This document shows, in pieces, positions 17,996-27,349 of a DNA stretch of 64,000 bases. The DNA lies in IMG/VR virus record IMGVR_UViG_3300025655_005747. One strand, given 5' to 3'. The stretch is from an uncultured virus (IMG/VR IMGVR_UViG_3300025655_005747). Taxonomy: Duplodnaviria > Heunggongvirae > Uroviricota > Caudoviricetes. Position 1 is the stretch's first letter. Each line of letters begins with the position of its first letter. The notes beneath the pieces were generated by a model. That model was not told the origin of the DNA. It searched no databases and was given only the letters and a program-made list of their open reading frames with translations. Position numbers and translations under genes: made by a program.

Positions 17996-19131
17996 AGACA
18001 GTAGCAATGATTCCTGCTCGCATGGGCAGCACTAGAATTCCAAAAAAGAATATTCGATTGCTAAACGGTGTTCCAATGATAAGCTATATTATCAGGGCAG
18101 CAAAAGCAGCAAACTGTTTTGATGAGATTTACGTTAACTCTGAATCAGACATCTTGGGCAAGATTGCGCTTGAAGAGGGAGTAAAGTTTTATAAAAGGCC
18201 AGATGCGCTTTCTACGAATCGCGCAACAAACGATGAGTTTACAGCAGACTTTATGAACAATATTGACTGCGATGTGCTTATTCAATTGCTACCGACCTCT
18301 CCTTTTATATCAAAAGACGATATTGAAAGCTTCACCAGAAAGATGATTGATGACAACCTAGATACACTTATATCTGTTACAAACCAGCAAATTGAATGTG
18401 TATACAACGGTAGTCCGATTAACTTTGATCAAAAGAAACTGTCTCCTCCCTCGCAAGACTTGACACCAATTCAACCTTATGCGTGTGGATTGATGGGCTG
18501 GAGAACTGAAAATTATATGAACAATATGAGTAAATATGATTGCGGATACCATGGTGGAGATGGAAACATCGGATTTTACACACTTGATGGTTTTGCAATT
18601 GTTGACGTTGATAACGAAGAGGATTTCCAGCTAGCAGAAGTTGTTGCACGTTCACTATCCTCTGAACAGTATGCACCACAATACTATGGCGAGGAACACT
18701 CGGAAGTTGATGTTCCATCAATCTTAGCAAAGGATGGGGTGATGAATAATAACTTGCATGATGCGAATAAGGAGATCGTCAGTGTTAACGATATCAGAGC
18801 GTCTTTTGATAGTAGCACATCGTGGAGCCACAGAGTAGTCAACACCGAAAACAACAGTGCTACCATTATTCACCAACAGCCCGGACAAGGAAACCGTCGC
18901 CACTACCACCCAGATTGGAATGAATGGTGGTTTATTATTGACGGAGAATGGATTTGGGAGATTGCCGGCGAAAAGAAATTAATCAAAAAAGATGACATAG
19001 TATTCATCCAGAAGGGAGTGGTTCATAGGATTGAAGCCACCGGAGACAAGCCTGCAATCAGGCTTGCGGTCAGCAGGGAAGATGTCGCACATGTTTACCC
19101 AGATGGAGATATGGAAAATGTCGAAAAATAA
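17992..19131 (+). CDS. CMP-ulosonic acid synthetase (NeuA/KdsB family) fused to a C-terminal cupin
   Basis: IPARMGSTRIPKKN, PTSPF and VDVDNEEDF; cupin HYHPDWNEWW...GVVHRI. Confidence 0.85.
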   Translation: MKTVAMIPARMGSTRIPKKNIRLLNGVPMISYIIRAAKAANCFDEIYVNSESDILGKIALEEGVKFYKRPDALSTNRATNDEFTADFMNNIDCDVLIQLLPTSPFISKDDIESFTRKMIDDNLDTLISVTNQQIECVYNGSPINFDQKKLSPPSQDLTPIQPYACGLMGWRTENYMNNMSKYDCGYHGGDGNIGFYTLDGFAIVDVDNEEDFQLAEVVARSLSSEQYAPQYYGEEHSEVDVPSILAKDGVMNNNLHDANKEIVSVNDIRASFDSSTSWSHRVVNTENNSATIIHQQPGQGNRRHYHPDWNEWWFIIDGEWIWEIAGEKKLIKKDDIVFIQKGVVHRIEATGDKPAIRLAVSREDVAHVYPDGDMENVEK

Positions 19132-19927
19132 AACAATATTTATAATTGGATCTGGGCCCTCTTTAAAACAAATTGACATGAGCTTACTGAAAGACAAAGA
19201 CACTTTTAGTATGAATAGACAATATATTGCTTATGAAGACTGGGGGTTTTATCCAACTTATTACGCAATGATTGATCGTAATCTTATTAAAACCGTGTTT
19301 GCAGACGATGTTGAGCCAAATATGATAAACAATGATAAATGTAGTATCAGTAAATATATTTTTTCAAACAACTACCAAACTGGACTTACCAACCTCGACA
19401 AATATCAAGATCCTCCGTTTGATTGTAAAACAAATGTTATGGTGGTTGAAAGACTTTCAAGTGTGTTTACTGAAGAAAAATTAGAGTTCCTCAATAATAG
19501 AGAAAATAATAAATTTTCAATTTTGGAAGGCAAAACCATAGTTCATACCGCGGCATATGGGAATTGTGGAGTATTTGCTACAGCTATGTCTGTTTTAATG
19601 GGGTATGAGAGAGTTGTCTTACTTGGGGTGGATCTAAAATATGTTGATTGGAAAGAAAGCGTAGAATCCGGAGAGGACCTGTCGCACTTCCATCCAAAGT
19701 ATTTTGATGTAGAGTCATTTAATGAAAGCAGAACTCATGGGCCGCCTTCTCGCGAAAACATTACTACTGAGCCGTGGGAGAAAGTAATCAGTTTACTAAA
19801 CGAAGCATTCTCCGAAGCCGGCCTTATTCCACCAGAAGTTATATCTGCTACCCCCGGTTCACCTCTTAACTCAGTGTTTAGATATATCCCTTTTGATGAA
19901 ATCATAAGAGAAGAAAATGAAGATTGA
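19118..19927 (+). CDS. Maf / DUF115-like putative ulosonic-acid transferase
   Basis: IIGSGPSL, MNR, P.YY..ID, MGYERVVLLGVDL and HF...YF, typical of Maf / GT42-related folds. Start set at ATG 19118. Confidence 0.6.
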   Translation: MSKNKTIFIIGSGPSLKQIDMSLLKDKDTFSMNRQYIAYEDWGFYPTYYAMIDRNLIKTVFADDVEPNMINNDKCSISKYIFSNNYQTGLTNLDKYQDPPFDCKTNVMVVERLSSVFTEEKLEFLNNRENNKFSILEGKTIVHTAAYGNCGVFATAMSVLMGYERVVLLGVDLKYVDWKESVESGEDLSHFHPKYFDVESFNESRTHGPPSRENITTEPWEKVISLLNEAFSEAGLIPPEVISATPGSPLNSVFRYIPFDEIIREENED

Positions 19928-20633
19928 TTTTGAAAACAAAAAAGTCCTTGTCACGGGTGGAACCAGAGGCATTGGTAGGCAGATTGCCAAAGATATGCTA
20001 GAACTCGGTGCGGATGTTACTATCACTGGACGAAGCCCTGAAGTCGATTTCACAGGTGTGGAATATATGCAGGTAGACTTTCTGGATGACGACAATACAA
20101 ATAGGTTTATTGAAGAAATTTCAAACCGAACATACGATGTCTGCATAAACAATGCTGGGATAAATAAGATTGATTCATTTTGTGATGTTGAACGAGAGGA
20201 TTGGAACAACATTATGAAAGTTAACTTAACGGCCCCATTTCTTGTGCAGCAGGCAGTTGCTCCAAGCATGATTAAGCAACGCTACGGCAAAATAGTGAAT
20301 ATATCCTCTATATGGGGTTCTATCAGCATTGCTGAGCGCGCCTGCTACTCTACCAGTAAGTTTGGCTTACGAGGTCTTACACTAGCCTCCGCGGCTGAAT
20401 TAGCGCAATTTAATGTACTTGTTAACACTGTGTCGCCCGGATTTACACTGACTGACTTAACTCGGCAAGTACTTGGTTCAGAGAAAATGCAGGAAATATC
20501 ACAAAACATTCCCATGGGCCGCATGGCAGAACCAGAAGAGATTTCAAAAACAGTTTTATTTGTAGCAAGCGAACTGAACTCATACATCTCAGGTCAAAAC
20601 ATAATTGTTGATGGTGGGTTTGTAAATGTTTGA
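19917..20633 (+). CDS. Short-chain dehydrogenase/reductase (FabG-like)
   Basis: TGGTRGIG, NNAG, NISS, YSTSK, VSPG and IIVDGG. Confidence 0.92.
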   Translation: MKIDFENKKVLVTGGTRGIGRQIAKDMLELGADVTITGRSPEVDFTGVEYMQVDFLDDDNTNRFIEEISNRTYDVCINNAGINKIDSFCDVEREDWNNIMKVNLTAPFLVQQAVAPSMIKQRYGKIVNISSIWGSISIAERACYSTSKFGLRGLTLASAAELAQFNVLVNTVSPGFTLTDLTRQVLGSEKMQEISQNIPMGRMAEPEEISKTVLFVASELNSYISGQNIIVDGGFVNV

Positions 20634-21699
20634 GATTGATTCACTGAAGATTAAGTCATATCGAAGAGAATACACAGTGGATTTCTGCAATCTAAACAAA
20701 GAACTATTGAGTTCCTATGATGACAGTACGCGCATCATAATCGATTCAAATATATACAAGAAATATCCTATATTTAAACAATACTTTGATGCATCAAATA
20801 TGTACATCATCGAAGCAAGCGAACAAACAAAAACACTCAAAACTTGTGAAGAAATAATAAGTTTTTTGATTTCTAGCAATTTCAAGAGAAACCATAAGTT
20901 ATTAGCAATTGGCGGCGGTATAACTCAAGATGTTACTGCTTTTACTGCATCTGTTATTTATCGCGGTGTTGAGTGGGAGTTTATGCCTACAACATTGCTT
21001 GCCCAAGCAGACAGTTGTATTGGGAGTAAGAGTTCTATAAATTTCTTAGACACAAAAAATTCATTAGGGACGTTCTATCCACCATCTTATATTAACTGTT
21101 GCCCAGAGTTTTTGAAGACACTGAGCACTGATGATATTAAGTCTGGTATCGGTGAGATACTACATTATTATCTGATTGAAGATAGTCAACTTATTCTTAA
21201 TTTTGTTAGCGATTACAATAACATATTATTGGATCCTGTGCGTCATTTATCTAAATATGTTGCTGAGAGTTTGAGAATTAAAAAGAATATGATCGAGAGA
21301 GATGAGTTTGATCAAAACGAGAGAAGGGTCTTTAATTACGGACACACATTTGGTCATGCGATTGAATCGATAAGCAATTATCGAATACCCCACGGTCTTG
21401 CAGTGACTATTGGTATGAATTTGGCTAACTATGTTTCACTCAGAAAAGGCTTTATCAACAAAAATGAATACGATCAATTGCATTCAGCAATAGTGATGAA
21501 CCTGATTGATTACAGAGTTCCTGCAAACTTACAAGAAGAATACTACTCTCTGTTGATGAAAGATAAGAAAAATGTTGGCAATTGTATAGTTTGTGTGTTA
21601 CCTTATGGTATCGGAGACATACGAGTAACAAAAATCACCGATCATCGAGAACTAAAAAATATCATCCACGAATACATGTCGGGTAATTTATGTCTATAG
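20626..21699 (+). CDS. 3-dehydroquinate synthase-like sugar-phosphate cyclase
   Basis: GGGITQD, RG....PTTLLAQADSCIGSK, KN..GTFYPP, NYGHTFGHAIE, PHG.AV and DKK. Confidence 0.88.
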   Translation: MFEIDSLKIKSYRREYTVDFCNLNKELLSSYDDSTRIIIDSNIYKKYPIFKQYFDASNMYIIEASEQTKTLKTCEEIISFLISSNFKRNHKLLAIGGGITQDVTAFTASVIYRGVEWEFMPTTLLAQADSCIGSKSSINFLDTKNSLGTFYPPSYINCCPEFLKTLSTDDIKSGIGEILHYYLIEDSQLILNFVSDYNNILLDPVRHLSKYVAESLRIKKNMIERDEFDQNERRVFNYGHTFGHAIESISNYRIPHGLAVTIGMNLANYVSLRKGFINKNEYDQLHSAIVMNLIDYRVPANLQEEYYSLLMKDKKNVGNCIVCVLPYGIGDIRVTKITDHRELKNIIHEYMSGNLCL

Positions 21700-22859
21700 C
21701 ACGAAGCACTAAATTTAATATTAAGGTAGATTTTGAAAAAAGTCACGATTCTTATCTGTTTGACAAAAGAACACAGAGAGAATATCTAGATTTTTTTGGG
21801 ATGTATGCCTCGTTGCCCTTGGGTTATAGTCACCCTATATTCTCCACACCGGAGTTTATAGAAGAGTACTTGAGAGTATCAAAATATAAGATCAACAACT
21901 GTGAGTTTGTATCGGATGAGACTGAAGAATTTGATAGAATGTTTAGTGAATATGCTGGAAAGGGTCGCTTCTCACATTTTCACTATTCCTGCACAGGAGC
22001 ACTAGCGGTTGAAGCAGCAATCAAGACATGCCTACAGTACAAAAAATACCACACCTTAAATGTCGTATCTTTCAACAACAGCTTTCACGGTATAAATGGT
22101 TATGGCGGTTTTGTGACTTCAAGGTTCCCCGGCGCCGATGCTAGATTAGATGGTCTTCCAGAGGCTTACTCGACAAAGATATACCCAGATATTAGAGAAG
22201 TACACAGGACCCTTGGGAGAACCGACGTTACCTGCTTGATTGTTGAGCCTATACAATGCAGTGCCGGAGATGTCTACTTTGACAAGCAGTTTTTCCAAGC
22301 CCTAAGAGAGGCATGCACCAAACATGACGTTCCTCTTGTGTTTGATGAAATTCAAGTTGGTTTCGGAGGCACGGGTAAGCTTTGGTACTACGAACATTTA
22401 GGTATCGAACCAGACATTGTTATATTCGGCAAGAAAACACAACTTTCTGGGATTATGGCACAAGAAAAGTACGGAGAGATGTTCAGCGCACAAAACTCTA
22501 TCAGGCTTGAAGTTACTTGGGATGGTGATATATCTGATATGGTAAGATGCAAATATATTATGAAAGCATATGAAGAAGACAACATACTGGATAATGTAAA
22601 CAAACAAAGTAACACTTTGGTCCATGGGTTATCTGATATAGATGGAATACTAAATTTAAGAAATTGTGGATTAATTATAGGATTTGATTTACCAAATTCT
22701 CAAAAACGTGATATATTGGTAGAAAAGTTGTATAAAAACGGACTAATTTGTAACAAAACGGGTGTTAGATCGATCAGATTAAGACCAAATTTAAATTTGA
22801 ATGAGAATGAGGTTGACCACGCACTCCAAATTTTTAAAGGAACAATGGAACAATGTTAA
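21690..22859 (+). CDS. Class III PLP aminotransferase (lysine-6-aminotransferase / GABA-T-like)
   Basis: YLDFFG..ASLPLGY, GALAVEAAIK, FHG, EPIQ, FDEIQVG, FGKK, TW.G...DMVR and IRLRP. Confidence 0.88.
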   Translation: MSIARSTKFNIKVDFEKSHDSYLFDKRTQREYLDFFGMYASLPLGYSHPIFSTPEFIEEYLRVSKYKINNCEFVSDETEEFDRMFSEYAGKGRFSHFHYSCTGALAVEAAIKTCLQYKKYHTLNVVSFNNSFHGINGYGGFVTSRFPGADARLDGLPEAYSTKIYPDIREVHRTLGRTDVTCLIVEPIQCSAGDVYFDKQFFQALREACTKHDVPLVFDEIQVGFGGTGKLWYYEHLGIEPDIVIFGKKTQLSGIMAQEKYGEMFSAQNSIRLEVTWDGDISDMVRCKYIMKAYEEDNILDNVNKQSNTLVHGLSDIDGILNLRNCGLIIGFDLPNSQKRDILVEKLYKNGLICNKTGVRSIRLRPNLNLNENEVDHALQIFKGTMEQC

Positions 22860-23458
22860 TAGATTTTGAAAACATCGAGGACAAGTGTAACGCCGCAGCC
22901 GCTAGCGACGAATATGCTATTCTGGTGGAAAAAGTAAACAATGCTAAGAAGATATTTCTTATTGGTAATGGCGGGTTACACTATGTTGCGAGTCATATGG
23001 CAACAGATTTATCACGACTGATACCTAATAAAGCAGTCTATTCCTTCGACAGTGTTGGGTTTATTACATCCAACGCTAACGATCATGGATATAACCAGAT
23101 CTTTATCAGGTGGTTGGAGACAATCGCAAGTGTTGAAAATCCAGAGGAGTGTTTAATTATTGGGCTCTCATGTTCTGGTAACTCTGGAAATGTTATCGAC
23201 ACACTACACTGGGGTGAAGACAAAGGATTTGCTACATTTTTGATTAGTGGCGCTGATTCCGAGGTATTGAGAGACGACATCGATGAGTTGCCGATTAAAT
23301 GCAATTATTTCCACACTGTAGAAGTATCTATTCTCATGATTTTCTACGATCTTATTCATCGAACAGGTAACCATTGTCCATCGATTAGGCAAGAGAAAGA
23401 CAGACTCGCAGATTCCCCACTAAGAAAATCAACCGAGGAATCTTGGGAGCCACTTTAA
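22853..23458 (+). CDS. SIS-domain sugar-phosphate isomerase (GmhA-like, divergent)
   Basis: IGNGG....SH..DL, ANDHGY...F and LSCSGNS.NV. Confidence 0.8.
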   Translation: MLIDFENIEDKCNAAAASDEYAILVEKVNNAKKIFLIGNGGLHYVASHMATDLSRLIPNKAVYSFDSVGFITSNANDHGYNQIFIRWLETIASVENPEECLIIGLSCSGNSGNVIDTLHWGEDKGFATFLISGADSEVLRDDIDELPIKCNYFHTVEVSILMIFYDLIHRTGNHCPSIRQEKDRLADSPLRKSTEESWEPL

Positions 23459-23484
23459 GTGAAAGACAAAAAGGATAAGCCTGG

Positions 23485-24381
23485 ATGACGACTGTGGTAA
23501 CCGGAGGTAGCGGTTTTCTTGGACGAAGACTTAAGTTGTCGAAACCAGACTGGACTTACATCTCTTCTAAAGACTGCGACCTAACCAATCCCGAACAAGT
23601 AAAGCAACTATTCGGAGACACAAAGCCAGATGCTGTTTTGCATTTGGCTGCACGTGTTGGTGGCATCAAAGACAACATAGAAAACCAAGCAGACTTTTAT
23701 CACATTAACACAATGATGAACACAAATGTTATTCATCAGGCGTACAAGGCTGGTATTCCTCGCGTTCTTTCATCTTTGAGCACATGCGCGTTTCCAGAAG
23801 AAGTAACGTTCTTTCCGTTTGTTGAAGAAGAATTTTTCAATGGTCCGCCAACAATAACAAACTTTTCATATGGAATGACGAAGAGAATGCTTCACGTATC
23901 GTCTTGCGCTTATCGTGAACAATATAATATGAACTATTCTACGTTTTGTCCGTCAAACATATATGGACCAGAAGACCATTTCGGAAGTCAAGCATCACAC
24001 TTTGTAGCAGCACTTATACACAAAATATACAACGCAACTGATGGTGATATCGTAGAGATGTGGGGAACTGGAATGCCTTTACGACAACAGTTGTATGTTG
24101 ATGACCTATGCAAGATCATTCCTATATTACTTGAAAAGCACAACACTAGCATTCCTTTGATAGTTGCACCAAATGAAAACCTTTCTATCTTGGAAATGAC
24201 CAGAACTTTGGTTGAACAAACAGGCAAAAATGTGAGAACATTATTTAATGGGAATATGGATGGACAGTTCCGTAAAGACGGTTCCAACGGTCGTCTACTA
24301 GAACTCATAGGACCATTCGACTTCACTAGTTTTAGAGATGGAGTACACAAAACATACCAATGGTATTCGGAGAATAAATGA
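23485..24381 (+). CDS. fcl: GDP-L-fucose synthase-like epimerase/reductase
   Basis: [38 protein letters not shown] and WGTG.PLR. Confidence 0.88.
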   Translation: MTTVVTGGSGFLGRRLKLSKPDWTYISSKDCDLTNPEQVKQLFGDTKPDAVLHLAARVGGIKDNIENQADFYHINTMMNTNVIHQAYKAGIPRVLSSLSTCAFPEEVTFFPFVEEEFFNGPPTITNFSYGMTKRMLHVSSCAYREQYNMNYSTFCPSNIYGPEDHFGSQASHFVAALIHKIYNATDGDIVEMWGTGMPLRQQLYVDDLCKIIPILLEKHNTSIPLIVAPNENLSILEMTRTLVEQTGKNVRTLFNGNMDGQFRKDGSNGRLLELIGPFDFTSFRDGVHKTYQWYSENK

Positions 24382-25364
24382 GCAAACAAAAGAAAGCATT
24401 AGTAACAGGCGCCACGGGTCAAGACGGCTCGTATTTGGTCGATCTGCTACTAGATAAAGGCTACGAGGTTGTAGCAGTCAAAAGAAGAACATCGCTTATC
24501 AGCACAGATAGGATCGATCATGTATTTTCAGACTTAGAAAAGATGGACAATTTTAGTTTAGTTTATGGAAATATGATTGATGCTGGAAACATCCATCGCC
24601 TACTTCTGGACCACAAACCAGATGAAATCTACAACCTAGCCGCCCAGTCGCACGTCCGAGTCTCATTTGATACACCAGAGGAAACTGCTGAGATAGTTGG
24701 TATGGGTACTCTTAGGCTTTTAGAGGCAGCCAGAAACATTTGTCCTGATGTGAAGATCTATCAAGCATCGTCCTCCGAGATGTTTGGCGACAACCCAGAG
24801 AACCCACAGTCAGAAGCCACACGTTTGATGCCTGCTTCGCCTTACGCTTGCGCTAAGGTGTTTGCCCATAACCTTTGTCGAAACTACCGAGAAAGTTATG
24901 GTATGCACATTTCTAGCGGTATTCTGTTTAACCACGAGTCCCCCCGCCGCGGCGAAACATTTGTAACACGAAAGATCACAAAGGCTGCTGCTCGTATTCG
25001 TCTAGGACAGCAAGATAAATTATATCTTGGTAACCTTGAAGCCAAGCGCGACTGGGGTTTTGCAGGCGACTATGTGGAAGCAATGTGGCTAATGCTACAA
25101 CAAGAAAACCCAGATGACTATGTTATTGCAACTGGCGAGACGCACACTGTTGAAGAGTTTCTTCACGAAGTGTTTGACTATGCTGGTTTAGACGTTTCTA
25201 AATACGTTGAGATAGACGAGAGGCTGTTTAGACCTCACGAGGTACCTCTTCTGCTAGGAGACCCCACAAAAGCCAAGGAACAGCTTGGATGGGAACCAAA
25301 AGTCAAGTTCAAAGAACTGGCTAGGATGATGTATGACGAAGACCTCAAAGCCAGCGCAAAATAG
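24378..25364 (+). CDS. gmd: GDP-mannose 4,6-dehydratase
   Basis: [60 protein letters not shown] and RP.EV. Confidence 0.96.
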   Translation: MSKQKKALVTGATGQDGSYLVDLLLDKGYEVVAVKRRTSLISTDRIDHVFSDLEKMDNFSLVYGNMIDAGNIHRLLLDHKPDEIYNLAAQSHVRVSFDTPEETAEIVGMGTLRLLEAARNICPDVKIYQASSSEMFGDNPENPQSEATRLMPASPYACAKVFAHNLCRNYRESYGMHISSGILFNHESPRRGETFVTRKITKAAARIRLGQQDKLYLGNLEAKRDWGFAGDYVEAMWLMLQQENPDDYVIATGETHTVEEFLHEVFDYAGLDVSKYVEIDERLFRPHEVPLLLGDPTKAKEQLGWEPKVKFKELARMMYDEDLKASAK

Positions 25365-25587
25365 TAAATTTTCCAAAGGACAACTTATTACTTGGCACGA
25401 AAGATACGCTGATGGTATTGCTATCAAGAATGTCGGTGTTGGGGTAATAATTGATATTAAAGAATACTCATACAATTCACCCGATGGGAGTGTGTTTGAG
25501 TATACAAATTTTGAAGTATACAGAAACGAATTTAATGATATAATAACGTTAAGTGAATACGATATACAATCTTTACAGGAGAAATAA
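25333..25587 (+). CDS. Hypothetical protein
   Basis: 84-aa co-directional ORF. Confidence 0.55.
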   Translation: MTKTSKPAQNSKFSKGQLITWHERYADGIAIKNVGVGVIIDIKEYSYNSPDGSVFEYTNFEVYRNEFNDIITLSEYDIQSLQEK

Positions 25588-25588
25588 G

Positions 25589-25795
25589 ATGCATTTATCA
25601 AATCAAGCCCTTGGAGCTATTATGATGGCGCTCCAAGAGTCACTTTTAAACGAGTTGGACATTGTTCCAATTTTGAGCGGTTTCAAGTTAACTGAGACAG
25701 ATGGTGGTCTCGTTGTAGAAAACCCACCAACTGTTAGAGTTAGCGATAACTCAGCCATCACCGAAGAAGACCTCGAAAAACTGGCACAACGATAA
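25589..25795 (+). CDS. Hypothetical protein
   Basis: AGGAG upstream of ATG 25589; TAATG overlap with the next gene. Confidence 0.7.
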   Translation: MHLSNQALGAIMMALQESLLNELDIVPILSGFKLTETDGGLVVENPPTVRVSDNSAITEEDLEKLAQR

Positions 25796-26055
25796 TGCCA
25801 ATTTTTAAGTATAATTGTGAAAAGTGTGAAGAAATCACAACCGTCATGCACATGATAGGAGACAATTTGCTTACTTGTCCTCATTGTAATGAGGAGGGTC
25901 ACATGACCCGTTTGCTTAATAAGCCTTACATAACCAAGAAAAAAGAAAACCCAAACAATGTTGGGGACTTAACTAAGAAATTTATTGAAGAGAATAGAGA
26001 AGTCCTCGAACAACAAAAGAAGGAAATAAAAGAACAAACATATGACGAGTCTTGA
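25795..26055 (+). CDS. FmdB-like zinc-ribbon protein
   Basis: MPIFKYNCEKC...CPHC. Confidence 0.8.
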   Translation: MPIFKYNCEKCEEITTVMHMIGDNLLTCPHCNEEGHMTRLLNKPYITKKKENPNNVGDLTKKFIEENREVLEQQKKEIKEQTYDES

Positions 26056-26386
26056 AATCATATTATCAGCAATACTTTTATTGTCCATCGGTTTAAATGG
26101 GTTTCTTGTTTATTACGTCAGAAACGCTATTGTCCGTCTTTTGTCTATATCCGAAGAGATGTATGACTTCAAGACAATGACGGACAACTTTGCGACACAC
26201 TTAGAACAAGTTTACGAACTTGAAATGTTCTACGGAGATGAAACACTTGGGGGACTTATGGAGCACGCAAGGTCCTTTAATGAACAATTAGAGACCTTCG
26301 AATATATTTATGGACTAATTGAAGAAGATGCCCCAAACGAAACAGACGACGCAGCAGACACCGACACCGAAGAAGAAACGTCGTAA
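26042..26386 (+). CDS. Single-pass membrane protein with an acidic tail
   Basis: N-terminal hydrophobic helix IILSAILLLSIGLNGFLVYYV. Confidence 0.7.
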   Translation: MTSLEIILSAILLLSIGLNGFLVYYVRNAIVRLLSISEEMYDFKTMTDNFATHLEQVYELEMFYGDETLGGLMEHARSFNEQLETFEYIYGLIEEDAPNETDDAADTDTEEETS

Positions 26387-27053
26387 GAAAAATCACTATT
26401 TCACACAAGATCACGAAGATGCAATAATAAGATATTGTCAGACGAAGTGTATCCGTGAAAGAACCGAACTTTATGTAAAATGGATCGAACCAGCCTTTGA
26501 TGAAATGGTTGACAAGATTGTATTCACATACAAGTTCACAAATTTACCAAACATCGATTACCTCAGAGACGAGTGTAAGGTTTGGTTAATGACGATCTTA
26601 GATAAGTACGACCCAGCAAAAGGCTCAAAGGCATTCTCTTATTTTTCCGTTATTACAAAGAACTGGTTTATTCACAAAGTCAAAAAGCAACAACGCAAAA
26701 ACAAAACAGAAGTTAACTTTGATAATCTAGCCAAAAACTACGAAGAGCAGTATCTCTCCACAGATGAGTCATATGTTACCGAGCGAGAGGAAGACGAGTT
26801 CTGGAAACTGTTCTATAAGGAACTAAAATCTTGGGACACATCCCAAATGAAAGAAAATGACTTGAAGGTTTATCAAGCCATTTGCGTTCTGTTTGACTCA
26901 AAAGAAGATATCCAAATTTTTAACAAAAAAGCTATTTACTTATATCTGAGAGAACTGACTGGTTTGAATACAAAACAAATAGTTAACTCTCTTAAGAAAT
27001 TTAAAAAGAAATATTATTACTTCACGCAAAGTTGGAATAGCGGTGTCTTATGA
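26328..27053 (+). CDS. Phage sigma factor (T4 gp55-like, sigma region 2)
   Basis: HYFT...E, FTYKF, and KYDPAKGSKAFSYFSVITKNWF, which resembles the region-2 FDP...AF.YF motif of phage late sigma factors. Confidence 0.7.
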   Translation: MPQTKQTTQQTPTPKKKRRKKNHYFTQDHEDAIIRYCQTKCIRERTELYVKWIEPAFDEMVDKIVFTYKFTNLPNIDYLRDECKVWLMTILDKYDPAKGSKAFSYFSVITKNWFIHKVKKQQRKNKTEVNFDNLAKNYEEQYLSTDESYVTEREEDEFWKLFYKELKSWDTSQMKENDLKVYQAICVLFDSKEDIQIFNKKAIYLYLRELTGLNTKQIVNSLKKFKKKYYYFTQSWNSGVL

Positions 27054-27349
27054 GTAAAAACGATCTGGAATCATTGATAGCAGAAGCACTGGGAAACATC
27101 CGAGATGACCGAAAGTCAGCAAGAGAGTTCCTCAATGAGATAGCGAACTGTATCGCTACATCACCAGATCAAAACAAATACCTCAGCCCTGTAGCAGCAA
27201 AGCATATAGAAACTCTACAACGCTCAAACGAACAACTTGTAAAAATTATTTCTATACAAAAGAAAGATCAGGAAACGTCATTTGAGTTAACAGATGAAGA
27301 TAAAGATAATTTGTTTAACCTGATACAGGGAGAGACCGCTGATGGCTAA
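27050..27349 (+). CDS. Hypothetical helical protein
   Basis: 99-aa ORF with an ATGA overlap. Confidence 0.7.
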   Translation: MSKNDLESLIAEALGNIRDDRKSAREFLNEIANCIATSPDQNKYLSPVAAKHIETLQRSNEQLVKIISIQKKDQETSFELTDEDKDNLFNLIQGETADG

